From Tubiluchus corallicola (Eukaryota > Animalia > Priapulida), in contig JAQGDQ010000967.1 of NCBI GenBank assembly GCA_030141605.1, positions 1-64,000 on the forward strand: DNA of 64,000 bases, read 5' to 3'. Shown here piece after piece: positions 12,001-21,490 of this stretch. Every line of letters begins with the position of its first letter. The first letter of the stretch is position 1. The translations under genes and the position numbers were made by a program. Under the pieces are notes generated by a model. That model had not been told where the DNA came from, searched no databases, and was given only the letters and a program-made list of their open reading frames with translations.

Positions 12001-15000
12001 GCATCCCCCCCGCCCCCCCCCCCCGACCCCCGCAACACATTGTTTGTTCTGCTCGTGAAACTTCAGAGCATCTCAGGCTAAACAAATGTACTGGTAATGA
12101 CTTTCTTGGATACTGCGCCGTTTCCATGACGCCGAGTTTGTAAACAATGCTCCAAATATTCCACGATTCACGTTTAAACATTCAAAAAACTTTAAAAAAT
12201 ATTCCCCCCTCCCCTACTGACGTGTTTTGAGCTCGTGAGGTAGGACGGGAACAATTTTTTTCTAACTGGCCTAATCTATTTCTATTTTGTTTCAAGCAAG
12301 CCTGTATACTCAATACTAAGTAATAACATAGTACAGTTAGTAAAATAAATTTAACACATACACGCACACACACACACACACGCACACACACACACACACA
12401 TATATATAATAATCTTTATTTGTCATAAAAAATCGATATTCATAACTATAAAAGCATAAATGGAACATCGCAGCCTGAGAATAAAATTCACACAACTGTT
12501 AAAGGCAAATGCGTCCAGTGCAAACTAAAAACTACTGTGCCAAAAATTTAAAACAAATATACATTATGATGTTACACGCAAATTATAATAGACTATATAC
12601 AATATATGCATACAATTTAAAATGGACGTGCGTAAATAAAATTTGCGGATGAATGTATATTATCGTTTACGCATGTAGGATTTTCAAAACGATTTAATGT
12701 ATGTATTTTTAATTTTGATTTGAATTCGTCAAAAGACTTGATTTGTTTTAAATTTGATGGCAGGGTATTCCAAAGTTGAACTCCTTGTTTAGTGATAGAA
12801 TTGTTGCCGTATTTGTTATTAGCGCGTGTTTGTTTAATATTGTGCGTTCTTGGATTTAATGTTGGCTCCAAGAGGAGTGGAAGCTTATTTTTCATGAAGG
12901 GCGTGTTAATATTGTTGATGTGTTTATATAAAAACAGGATTGTGTAGAAGTCTTTATGTGCTTGTAAAATTGGGATTTTAAACATTGTTCTTAATTCTGT
13001 TGCAGAGGTTTGATTTGTTATGAGGGAAGTTTTATTTGAATAGCCAGAGACTAATCTTAATGCATAATTTTGAAGACTATAACAACGGTCGGTCATCAAT
13101 TGCTCACCTATGGGCAGCCGTCCTAAATGATCCCGCACGGTGGGACATGCACCGTGTTGCAACAGCACCTTGACCGCACCACTACTCAGACTGTTGGCGG
13201 CTATGTGTAATCCCGTGCCGTTGTCAAACTCGCGGCAAACGGAGTCCACATCTGAAAGAAAACAAAGTGGACATCAGTAATGTCATCAGTGGACATCGGA
13301 CAAGCTGCTTCGGCCGAATCTGTAAGCCGTCGGCAAGCATAATAATGACGAACTTTTCACATGTTAAACTAGCATTCTACAACTCGAACACTGATTACAC
13401 CAGGGGTGTGCAAACTACGCGACTAACCGGGCCACATTAAACTTTCTGCGGACCGCTTACAGTTTGATCAAGGAGCCAAGAATAGTGGGACCTCATAACG
13501 ATTTTTTTTTGCATTCGACCTTTGCAGGTTATTACTAGGACACTCAAGAAAACTGTTCTAGAAGTTATTAAAATTTACATTAAAAACCGTAGATTTCAAC
13601 TTCCATAGTCAGATACTGGTGATTTCATTACAATGCATATTAGTACAGTGTATCACACAGTCTGTGTAGTACGGTGAGTTTAACCTGTCTTGAAATACTT
13701 CTTCAATCTTCCTCTTATAGTTTGATTATTAATTTTCTTACAGAATTGAAGAAGAAACAAAAACGCTTCTTAATGAGAGTTTCAATCAAGGATCAAATGA
13801 TTAGTTACATAATTAGCTACACGTTGTGATTGAATGAATGAATGCTGTAAATCAAGTTAATTGTTCGGTTCAGTTTCAAATTTCCTCGAAAGTCATTAAG
13901 CCTCGTAGCCGAACTTTCGGACAATGTTCCTGATTTCAGAATGTAGATATTTTTAAGTTTTAATAGTAGAACCTGACTAAAAATTCCTCATCTTTGCACT
14001 TTAACCTCACCAAAAGTTTCTCATCTTTGTACTTTGACCTCACAAAAAGTCTCACCTTTGCACTGTGACCTCACCAAAAGTTTCTCACCTTTGCACTTTG
14101 ACCTCATCAAAAGTCTCACCTTTACATTGCAATTTGACCTCAACATATATTTTTCATGTTCACATTGTGACCTCACAAAAGACTTTCAACTTTGCACTTT
14201 GCACTTTGACCTCACCAAAAGTTTCTCACCTTTGCACTTTGACCTCACCTAAAGTTTCTCACCTTTGCACTTTGATCTCACCAAAAGGTTCTCACATTTT
14301 CACTTTGACCTCGCCAAAAGTTTCTCACCTTTGCACTTTGACCTCACCTAAAGTTTCTCACCTTTGCACTTTGATCTCACCAAAAGGTTCTCACATTTTC
14401 ACTTTGACCTCGCCAAAAGTTTCTCACACCTTTGCACTTTGACCTCACCAAAAGTTTCTCACCCTTGCACTGTGACATCACCATAAGTCTCACCTTTACA
14501 TTGCAATTTGACCTCAACATATATTTTTCATGTTCACATTGTGACCTCACAAAAGACTTTCAACTTTGCACTTTGACCTCACCAAAAGTTTCTCACCTTT
14601 GCACTTTGACCTCACCAAAAGTTTCGCACCTTTTCACTGTGACCTCACCAAACGTTTTTGACCTTTGCACTTTGACCTCACCAAAAGTTTCGCACCTTTT
14701 CACTGTGACCTCAGCAAAAGTTTCTCACCTTTGCACTTTGACCTCACCAAACGTTTCTCACACTTGCAATTTGACCTCAACATATATTTTTCTTTGCACT
14801 TTGACCTTGCTTACTGTTTGAACACGACTCACTTACCTCTGAACTCTGACCTCTCTTAATTCTGCACTCTGACTTCTCTTACCTTTGCACTTTGACCTCG
14901 CTAGAAGTTTTTCAATCACAGGAGAGACATCAAAGAAGGCAGCATAGTGCAGTGCGGACATGTTTGTCCATCGAGAGCGCAAGCTTGTATCCGCTCTCTT

Positions 15001-17090
15001 GTTGAGTAAATCGGACACAACCGAGACCGCATTTTCACCATCACCTACAAATTATAACAGAAGATAAGTGACTCGTGTCAATTTGAACAAATGAATGTGA
15101 TAACGATAAAAATAAAATCATTGCACTAACACAAAGAGAAGATAATCACTCTAGCCTGTCATTTTTTATGAAGACGTATCAGTAGCCCTACAGCAGACAG
15201 CTTAACGAAATTTGAGTTAAATTCTTTTTAACTAAATTTAATTTTTAACTAAACTTACCCACACTGGTACATCCAAGTTCATACACTATTCTACTTACCA
15301 ACACTGGCTCATCCAAGTTCATACACTATTCTACTTACCAACACTGGCTCATCCAAGTTCATACACTATTCTACTTACCAACACTGGCTCATCCAAGTTC
15401 ATACACTATTCTACTTACCAACACTGGCTCATCCAAGTTCATACACTATTCTACTTACCAACACTGGTACATCCAAGTTCATACACTATTCTACTTACCA
15501 ACACCAGAACATCCAAGTTCATACACTATTCTACTTACCAACACCGGAACATCCAAGTTCATACAGTATTCTACTTACCAACACCGGAACATCCAAGTTC
15601 ATACACTATTCTACTTACCAACACCGGAATATCCAAGTTCATACAGTATTCTACTTACCAACACTGGCACATCCAAGTTCATAACCTATTCTACTTACCA
15701 ACACCGGAATATCCAAGTTCATACACTATTCTACTTACCAACACTGGCACATCCAAGTTCATACACTATTCTACTTACCAACACTGGTGCATCCACTTTC
15801 ATACACTATTCTACTTACCAACAATGGAACATCCAAGTTCATAGTACATACACTATTCTACTTACCAACACTGGAACATCCAAGTTCATAACCTATTCTA
15901 CTTACCAACACCGGTGCATCCACATTCATACACTATTCTACTTACCAACACCGGAACATCCAAGTTCATAGTTCATACACTATTCTACTTACCAACACTG
16001 GAACATCCACATTCATACACTATTCTACTTACCAACACCGGTGCATCCAGCTCTCACAGCATAATGGAGAAGCGTCATGTCGGTTTGCCCGTCTCGATCA
16101 TCTACATGTGCACCTCTTTTCATGATCTAAAATAAAAAATAGTCGACCCTCTTTTATTAACCTGCACCCACCTGCAAGCAAAAGACTCCGGTTCAAATCC
16201 ACTCTTAACATTTTTTCACTTATTTGTTTTTCAACTTAAAGCTTTTGCAAAAACTTCAATAACTGTGTGTTTAATCCATCATTAAAATACACATGTGTCA
16301 ATGTCAGCACCACTACCATAGTACTTTAGTAAAAAAACATTGGTTGGAAAAAAATTTAGCAATCAATTTTGATTTTAGCATGGATTTAACAAGCGTGAGC
16401 ATCGAGCGTTCAAACTCGATTCAAACATGTTTTTTTACTACAAGTTAGATGCGAACCTAAAACTATTAATTCGAATAATTCAGCACTTCAACTACATGCA
16501 TTCTTTATCTATAAAATGTTTGAAACATCAGAAAATCGTCGCAGTTCAGCTGAGATTTATGCACAGAATTTTTAAACAAATTATTGGTGTTTTTGCAGTG
16601 GAATAAAATCGAGCAATATGCACGATCTTCGTGAGACCGCTTTATAATAGTGATTCAAAAATATATCCAAAAATCATTAAACTGAAATGATGAAAATCGG
16701 TTTGGCTAGAGTTCGAAATTGACAAAATCAATTTGATTCGAATTCGCTTTCTGGTAGATAATGTTCACACGTAGTATTTAACACATAATGAACAATATCA
16801 AAATGAACATGCAAACGAATAATTACCTCGTCGATTAACACATGGATGTTCTCTTGAATATCCGGTACCCATTGCCGCATCACTGCGAACAACTGAGGAA
16901 CGGAAGTCTTTGGATTGCGTAGCATCTCCATACAACTGTTACAGGTCGCGGAGAAAGTGGGTGCGTCGCTCTTTCGACACGCTTCGCACACCGGCGGGTC
17001 AGCCGCTGGGTGCACCATGGCATGGTCCCGCTGTGGTACCTGGAAATCCACGAGGGTGAATGCCCCGCCGCTTTCTTCGCTTAACGTCAT
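2203..17090 (-). CDS. CLIP4: CAP-Gly domain-containing linker protein, CLIP3/CLIP4 family (CLIP4-like); whole spliced CDS, 11 exons, ~752 aa
   Basis: Exons 17090-16827, 16126-16033, 15044-14883, 13251-13108, 11603-11347, 9919-9784, 8824-8447, 7814-7691, 6653-6279, 3058-2931 and 2399-2203 all have GT/AG ends and compatible phases, and sum to 2259 nt (753 codons incl. stop). The N-terminal LFAVMRQWVP motif, ankyrin repeats (DRDGQTDMTLLHYA; SLRSRWTNMSALHYAAFFD; GTGLHIAA) and three CAP-Gly domains (GKNNG, GKNNG, GKNDG) match the family. Three CAP-Gly domains and the C-terminus VRPNRVTVRGISGAKLL favour CLIP4 over CLIP3. Confidence 0.92.
2425..2725. repeat. Minisatellite, 47-bp unit (two related subunits), in the last CLIP4 intron
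   Basis: CATTGCCAC recurs at 2425, 2472 and onward. Confidence 0.9.
2931..3058 (-). CDS. CLIP4: CLIP4-like exon, start of CAP-Gly 3
   Basis: RNRSTLL...KYGFNLAEGMQVFINGEF-G; 128 nt, phase 2-1. Confidence 0.85.
3405..5397. repeat. Minisatellite, 29-bp unit CTCACTCTCAGTGTTCAGTGCAGGACACT, ~68 copies
   Basis: Highly homogeneous 2-kb array; it generates the long repetitive ORFs. Confidence 0.97.
5858..6172. repeat. Degenerate (TCAA)n microsatellite
   Basis: Direct inspection. Confidence 0.9.
6279..6653 (-). CDS. CLIP4: CLIP4-like exon, Ser/Pro-rich linker
   Basis: RLSSKRATT...SRPSSAPSQKIHT; ttaacag| ... AG|GTAAAA; 375 nt, phase 2-2. Confidence 0.85.
7691..7814 (-). CDS. CLIP4: CLIP4-like exon, CAP-Gly 2 core
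   Basis: GFWYGIELDDPIGKNNGTVKGVEYFHCDDKHGIFSPPARVK; 124 nt; donor GTAAGT. Confidence 0.92.
7923..8105. repeat. 54-bp tandem repeat, ~3.3 copies
   Basis: CATTTTTCGGATGGCA at 7981, 8035 and 8089. Confidence 0.9.
8447..8824 (-). CDS. CLIP4: CLIP4-like exon, end of CAP-Gly 1, Ser-rich linker, start of CAP-Gly 2
   Basis: GIFAPVSKV...DVSLGDRVVVAGICKGTVRFTGYTGFAS; 378 nt, phase 1-1. Confidence 0.9.
9100..9480 (+). repeat. Dispersed repeat; second copy at ~41110-41410
   Basis: Shared CATTATTTCAC...CGCTAGTTGGC...GTCCACTTAGAGGCTCTCT in both places. Confidence 0.8.
9784..9919 (-). CDS. CLIP4: CLIP4-like exon, CAP-Gly 1 core
   Basis: VGVLRFIGETKFASGVWAGVELEEAAGKNNGTVLGVEYFACKQNH-G; 136 nt. Confidence 0.93.
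10510..11043 (-). mobile_element. 5S rRNA-headed retroposon-like insertion (SINE3-like), flanked by an 11-bp TSD
   Basis: Direct repeat ATATCACACAG at 10499-10509 and 11044-11054; 5S head followed by a ~430-bp GC-rich body. Confidence 0.75.
10936..11045 (-). pseudogene. 5S rRNA-derived sequence lacking the first ~10 nt
   Basis: The - strand reads ATATCACGTTGAAAACACCGGTTCTCGTCTGATC...AGTTAAGCAAC...GGTTAGTACATGGATGGGTGACTGCCTAGGAATACCAGGTGCTGTAGGTTT, which is metazoan 5S with CpG-type substitutions. Confidence 0.9.
11347..11603 (-). CDS. CLIP4: CLIP4-like exon, linker and start of CAP-Gly 1
   Basis: ECIPDPQ...RAMLLEVMP...ELRVGDRVLVSGLK; 257 nt, phase 1-0. Confidence 0.9.
12408..13075 (-). mobile_element. 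3' remnant of an L2/CR1-group LINE (end of ORF2 plus tail)
   Basis: LQNYALRLV...NKYGNNSITKQGVQLWNTLPSNLKQIKSFDEFKSKLK is a typical C-terminus of the L2/Crack/CR1 group; 3' end ...ATGACAAATAAAGATTATT. Confidence 0.75.
13108..13251 (-). CDS. CLIP4: CLIP4-like exon, ankyrin repeat 3
   Basis: DVDSVCREFDNGTGLHIAANSLSSGAVKVLLQHGACPTVRDHLGRLPI; ttctttcag| ... |GTGAG; 144 nt. Confidence 0.92.
13401..13590 (-). mobile_element. Partial hAT-like MITE (reverse complement of the 3' part of 48570-48947)
   Basis: CAGGGGTGTGCAAA terminus; internal match to ~48750-48947. Confidence 0.7.
13985..14860. repeat. Tandem array, ~33-bp unit derived from the CLIP4 exon end plus donor at 14883
   Basis: - strand unit GAGAAACTTTTGGTGAGGTCAAAGTGCAAAG-GT versus exon end GAAAAACTTCTAGCGAGGTCAAAGTGCAAAG|GT. 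Confidence 0.9.
14883..15044 (-). CDS. CLIP4: CLIP4-like exon, ankyrin repeat 2
   Basis: DGENAVSVVSDLLNKRADTSLRSRWTNMSALHYAAFFDVSPVIEKLLARSKCK; 162 nt, phase 1-1. Confidence 0.92.
15254..16050. repeat. Tandem array, 40-bp unit spanning the CLIP4 donor at 16033, ~20 copies
   Basis: - strand unit GGATGTACCAGTGTTG|GTAAGTAGAATAGTGTATGAACTT; the first unit is the real exon end GGATGCACCGGTGTTG|GTAAG. Confidence 0.95.
16033..16126 (-). CDS. CLIP4: CLIP4-like exon, ankyrin repeat 1
   Basis: IMKRGAHVDDRDGQTDMTLLHYAVRAGCTGV-G; ttttag| ... |GTAAG; 94 nt, not in the ORF track. Confidence 0.92.
16827..17090 (-). CDS. CLIP4: CLIP4-like first coding exon (ATG at 17090; exon begins at 17120 after an acceptor)
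   Basis: MTLSEE...PKTSVPQLFAVMRQWVPDIQENIHVLIDE; upstream acceptor tgaattgcag; donor GAG|GTAATT. Confidence 0.9.
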
Positions 17091-17182
17091 GATTCGGTCA
17101 TTGTACAGTGTTTACGAAATCTGCAATTCATAGGAAATCTAACATGTAACTCATCATCTTATCATTGAGGATCATCTCTGTG

Positions 17183-17787
17183 TTAAAGCAAAACTGGAAC
17201 CAATCTTTAACTGTAGGTCAAAACAATCTACCCTTTAAAATATTGAAAGGAAACATACTATTTTTTAAAGAATGCCTTATATAAAACAATTAATACAACA
17301 CAAACACAATTTCGTATTCGCGCCAGTAGTTCTTTGCTGTTACATGCATTTCGCCACTTACTAGTTACACAGGCACTAGCGCCTGCATTTTGGATAGCGT
17401 TGCACGAAAAACAGGTGCAGTACCTCTCAGTTCACATGTGCTAGTTTGTGATGAACTACACACACTCGACAGCTCATGCATGAGCACAGCGGTAAATTAG
17501 AAATTTGAATTTTCATCTTAAAACTTTTCTAGTTTTAGTACGACACACTGAATATCTAACAGTAGCAATGCACTTCAATTTTCGCTTTTGCAAACACATG
17601 CAACACGCTCGTGGAATATTTTTGCTGTTAAAAATTATGTTAGTTTGTGATGTCATCAATAATTGGGCTTGCCCGTTGTTAATTAAGATTTTACTCTATT
17701 ATTCAATTGTCAGAAATTCTGAAACAGTCTTATCGGTGTTAAAATGTATGATTTTTACCGTACTTGAAAATGGTTAGTATATGAAAA
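17183..17787 (+). mobile_element. TTAA-flanked MITE family B (~600 bp); other copies 37043-37683, 42758-43378, ~54621-55455; fragments at 22228-22340 and ~5550-5810 (-)
   Basis: Shared start TTAAAGCAAAAC..CCAATCTTAAACTG, shared body (TTAGTTTGTGATGTCATCA) and end CTTCCT-TTAA. TTAA with AG...CT termini suggests a Kolobok-type element. Confidence 0.8.
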
Positions 17788-18973
17788 GTCAACCTGTCTT
17801 CTTTTAAAGGAAAGGACAAGTCATTCAACATGTTATCTTTATTTTACGGTTGTTACTTAAACTTAGACAAATATAACAAAGTTGCAAAAAATGTCTAATA
17901 ATAATCCACCATGAAACATAAAGTTAACAAATTGATGTGCTATAGCTATATCGACATTTTTAAATGTGTTGGTAGCCGCCATTCACCTGAAAATTATGAC
18001 GTAACTAGTGGACTACTTTTTTACAGCTGTGTACAACTTCTGTGACACCATGAATGTAGAGCAATATATTGAGATCATTTTGAAATTTCGCAGAAAGTTT
18101 CCAAAATGTTGTCCAAACATTGAAACATAGTTCCAAACATGGCTTATTTCAATTTTAATTTATTCTCAATAATGAGCTATTTAGCATATATATATATATA
18201 TATATATAGTTAGTATAATGCATGAAATAAACATTACTGTTGTGTGCTCCATTCCAACTTGAAAAACTCTAAACTGCATAAACAAAACCGAAGAGATTTT
18301 CGTGCAAATTAATTCATCATCCTAGATAGATATTTTACCAGACAGGTGGGTAAAAGTATAAAGCTCTAAAGAACATGATGGGCTTATTTCTAACAAGATC
18401 AATTTAACATTAGTTTTACATAAAAACAATATTAATAAACGCTTACAGAAAATCAGGGGAAAACAAAGAACGAAAACACTGATTAATTGGTTTTCCTATT
18501 TTGAAGATAATGGTTTTTGCGTGACTGTTGATTTAAAGAAGTCAGACAAAACTTTTGTCAAGATGTATTTTACAAAAACAATGTCAGTGGCATCATGGTA
18601 CTCTTAAAAAGTAAGTGAATCACTGGACATTTAGTTAAACGACAAAAAGTTACACCTGAAAAATAGAGGCAAGTAACAAAAAAAATATTACATAAAATTG
18701 ATGAACGTTTAAAATGTAGAAAAAATTACAGAATTACCAAGAAACTTAATTCATGGACAACTAGTGCTGCTCTCTAACGCAGAAAAGCAAAATGTATTAC
18801 TACAATTACTTTTAATTAATAATTAGTATGGACAGCTCTACATACTTTTTTTATAACTAGCTATATACTAATATTTTTTTCTTTTATTTTCATTTAGCGT
18901 CCACTACTTATTTCTTAAAATTTTCATTTTTTCCTCTATGGTTAAGAATATCAATACGCAAAAAAATAGTTAC

Positions 18974-19431
18974 CTCTGTTAAAAATAATTCTTACAAAAT
19001 AATTCTGGACATATTTTCATCATTTGTAGTTAAAGGAACAAGACTGTCTATTGATTATTTATTACTTAAATAACCTTTATTAAATTGTGGTTAAGAATAA
19101 AACTACAAAGTTTGCTTAAAAGCAGATTGATGAATTTTGGCGCGCCGATCACAGCCATGTTGAAGATTGTATATTTTTCATGTTTTAGTCTAAAATTGGT
19201 ATTTTGGCTGTTTTCCAATCAACTTGATAAAGTAAGAGTTTGTTTTCGTTACATTGTGTGAACGAATAACGTGCGAGATACTCAGTGCTGGTTTCAAACC
19301 CATTGTCTTATGCAGTTAAAAGAGAAAATATTAAATTAACTAAGTGGCTAGGCCTGAAATATTTTCTTGTAAAGTCGGCTTTAAGCAAATTGATTAATCT
19401 TTAACGGAAACGGATATTTTCAAGTTTTAAG
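18974..19431. promoter_or_regulatory. Putative bidirectional promoter with divergent non-coding first exons of CLIP4 (-) and NIPBL (+)
   Basis: Outward-facing donors: - strand GAG|GTAACT at 18974/18973 and + strand AAG|GTAAGT at 19431/19432. A small CpG-containing core (ggcgcgccgatcacagccatg, ~19140) lies between them. Both start-codon exons are preceded by acceptors, so upstream UTR exons must exist. Confidence 0.5.
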
Positions 19432-20129
19432 GTAAGTATTGTGTTTTTAGGTATACCGTTTTTACCTTGTAATTATTGCCTATAGTCTAGATAACTGCCA
19501 TATTGATGTTGTCAAGCACTAACTCGCATTAGTCGCGCTGCTGAAGTTAATGTTTGAAATGTGACTTCCTTTATCATCAACAACCATCATCTCTTTAGAG
19601 GTTCTTCATACTTTTCGGATAGTCCTTAAGTGTAAAAGCCCGTTATAAAGGGCTATAGATGTAAATTTTGGTTCTATAAATTATTTTAATTACGTTCTGC
19701 AGTATTACGCATTACTTTGATAATTTTGCTACCAAAGCCATTTAATTGCCATTTTGAAAACATCGTAATAATATAAATTTAAGTTGACAACAGCGCCAAA
19801 ATTAATTTTTTCAATCTTAGTTATACAAGGGTGGCTGAATAGATGCTGAATTGAGGTTGGATGTAAGGCGCTGGTTACCGTTAACTTACATAACAGTGAG
19901 CATTTCCATTCATTTGTCTTTCACATTTATGTTTCTGCCTGGTGGTGAATGTTAATTTTTGCCCATCGAGTTTAGTTCATTGAACTCATTAACCTTTTTC
20001 TCACATTCGCCTTCGTAACTCACCTTCGTGGTGAATGAACCCTGATTTCCGTCTCTTACACCAATCTCTCATGCACCGAGTGGCTAGTCAAAAAACACCC
20101 TTGTCCAGTCATTCGTTGTTGGTTTACTC

Positions 20130-20545
20130 TCCTCCTAATGTACCAAACTGGTATTAAAATAGGATGTTTCTCGTACAGTGTTCTGAATCAAGTTTATGTT
20201 TGAAACTATTTAGATTATTTGCTCTCACTAATGATTCCAGTAAGGAGTTCCACAGTATCTCTTCAGCTTGTGAAAAACTATACCCATACTTTTCAGTATT
20301 ATCCTTATGCTTGTACAATTTAACACTATGCCCACGTGTAATGCTTCTATTGAGTGCAAAAACTGGTTTGCATTGATGTCATTAAATACCTTAAGAATCT
20401 TGAACAATTCAGTAAGTCTCCCCCTATGTCTTCGTGTAGAAAGTCGATGCATGTGTAATTTTTGCACTTTTTGAGAGTATGAGAGTCCTTCAAGACCTAT
20501 GATCATGTCCACAGCTCGTGCTTGTACTTGTTCAAGAGCACGGAT
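20130..20545 (-). mobile_element. 3' remnant of a CR1-clade LINE ORF2 (frameshifted)
   Basis: ALEQVQARAVDMIIGLEGLSYSQKVQKLHM..LSTRRHRG.LTELFKILK followed in another frame by TRGHS and LWNSL motifs. Confidence 0.8.
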
Positions 20546-21049
20546 TTTGAGTTTTTGTAAAAATAAATTCTATTCATTAAAACAGTATAGTAGTAAGTTT
20601 TACAGCAGTAGACTTATCAGCTAAGGCGGTATGTTATGCATTTGAATCCACAGTTCTCTTACACTAGGTTTGCAGAGGTGTTTTGACGACAAAAATTTGA
20701 AAATTACATATTAGACTGCCGAAGGTCTTTCGCTACCCTTTCTCTAGCACTCACGTAATCACTTATTAATACATTTTCTTCCTCTTATTTTCTTGTAAAT
20801 TTTATATGATAATTAGTCGTGTATTTTATGTTGGAACTTGTTTGATCACTGCAAAGTTTCAGTCGTTACATTGCTGCACCTGTGTTGGAATATTGTAGTC
20901 TAGGAAGTAGTCTAGACTTCCTATTTTCCGTTTCCTAATTGATCAAATTCTGTTTCAAAGAACATCGTGTTCGTGTAATTCATCGGAAAATTCCCTGTCA
21001 CACGTATAACATTGTCAGATCATGTTTGTGTGAACAGAGGAAACCAAAT

Positions 21050-21490
21050 TATGTGCATTTTCTTGCCTATAAAAGTTACCAGTTGTTTCTTATATTTGAA
21101 TAACTAGCTTAGAAAGTTAATTAATGCCAACCGAGCACAGCTATTGTTTACGTCTGAAACTAACCACAGTTTGTGCAATGACGGGCATCTTTCCTTACGT
21201 GTCAAGTGTGTTAGCGTAAGTGTTACTGCTTAAACGCGTGCTGTCGCTAAAATGGGCTCTATGCCATATGTCGTCAGATAATAACACTGCAGTTATCACG
21301 GTACCACCTTCTGTTGATCAGCCACACGAATGTGACAAAAAGGCACCATTGCCAATCTTAGTAGATTAACTGAGCCGCGCGTAGCTTTGAAAGTTTAACG
21401 AAATTTGAGTATCCATGATAATTATTATTTTATCTAAGCTTTGATTTAAAAAAAAGCTATTGTAGTTTTCATTATTTTAGAGCATTCTTT
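21050..21490 (-). mobile_element. Inverted partial copy of MITE family A (40400-40914)
   Basis: Reverse complement of the internal part of 40400-40914 (TTCTTGCCTATAAAAGTTA...AATCTTAGTAGATT). Confidence 0.8.

Noticed and set aside
12617-13249. 210-aa ORF suggesting an ankyrin-LINE fusion protein
   Set aside because: Chance read-through from a CLIP4 exon past its GTGAG donor (13107) into an intronic LINE remnant; the spliced model continues correctly at 11603.
17505-17777. Recurring 'HARGIFLLLKIMLVCDV' peptide (also 5503, 37381, 55261) suggesting a gene family
   Set aside because: Copies of one non-coding MITE; frames and lengths are inconsistent, with stops.
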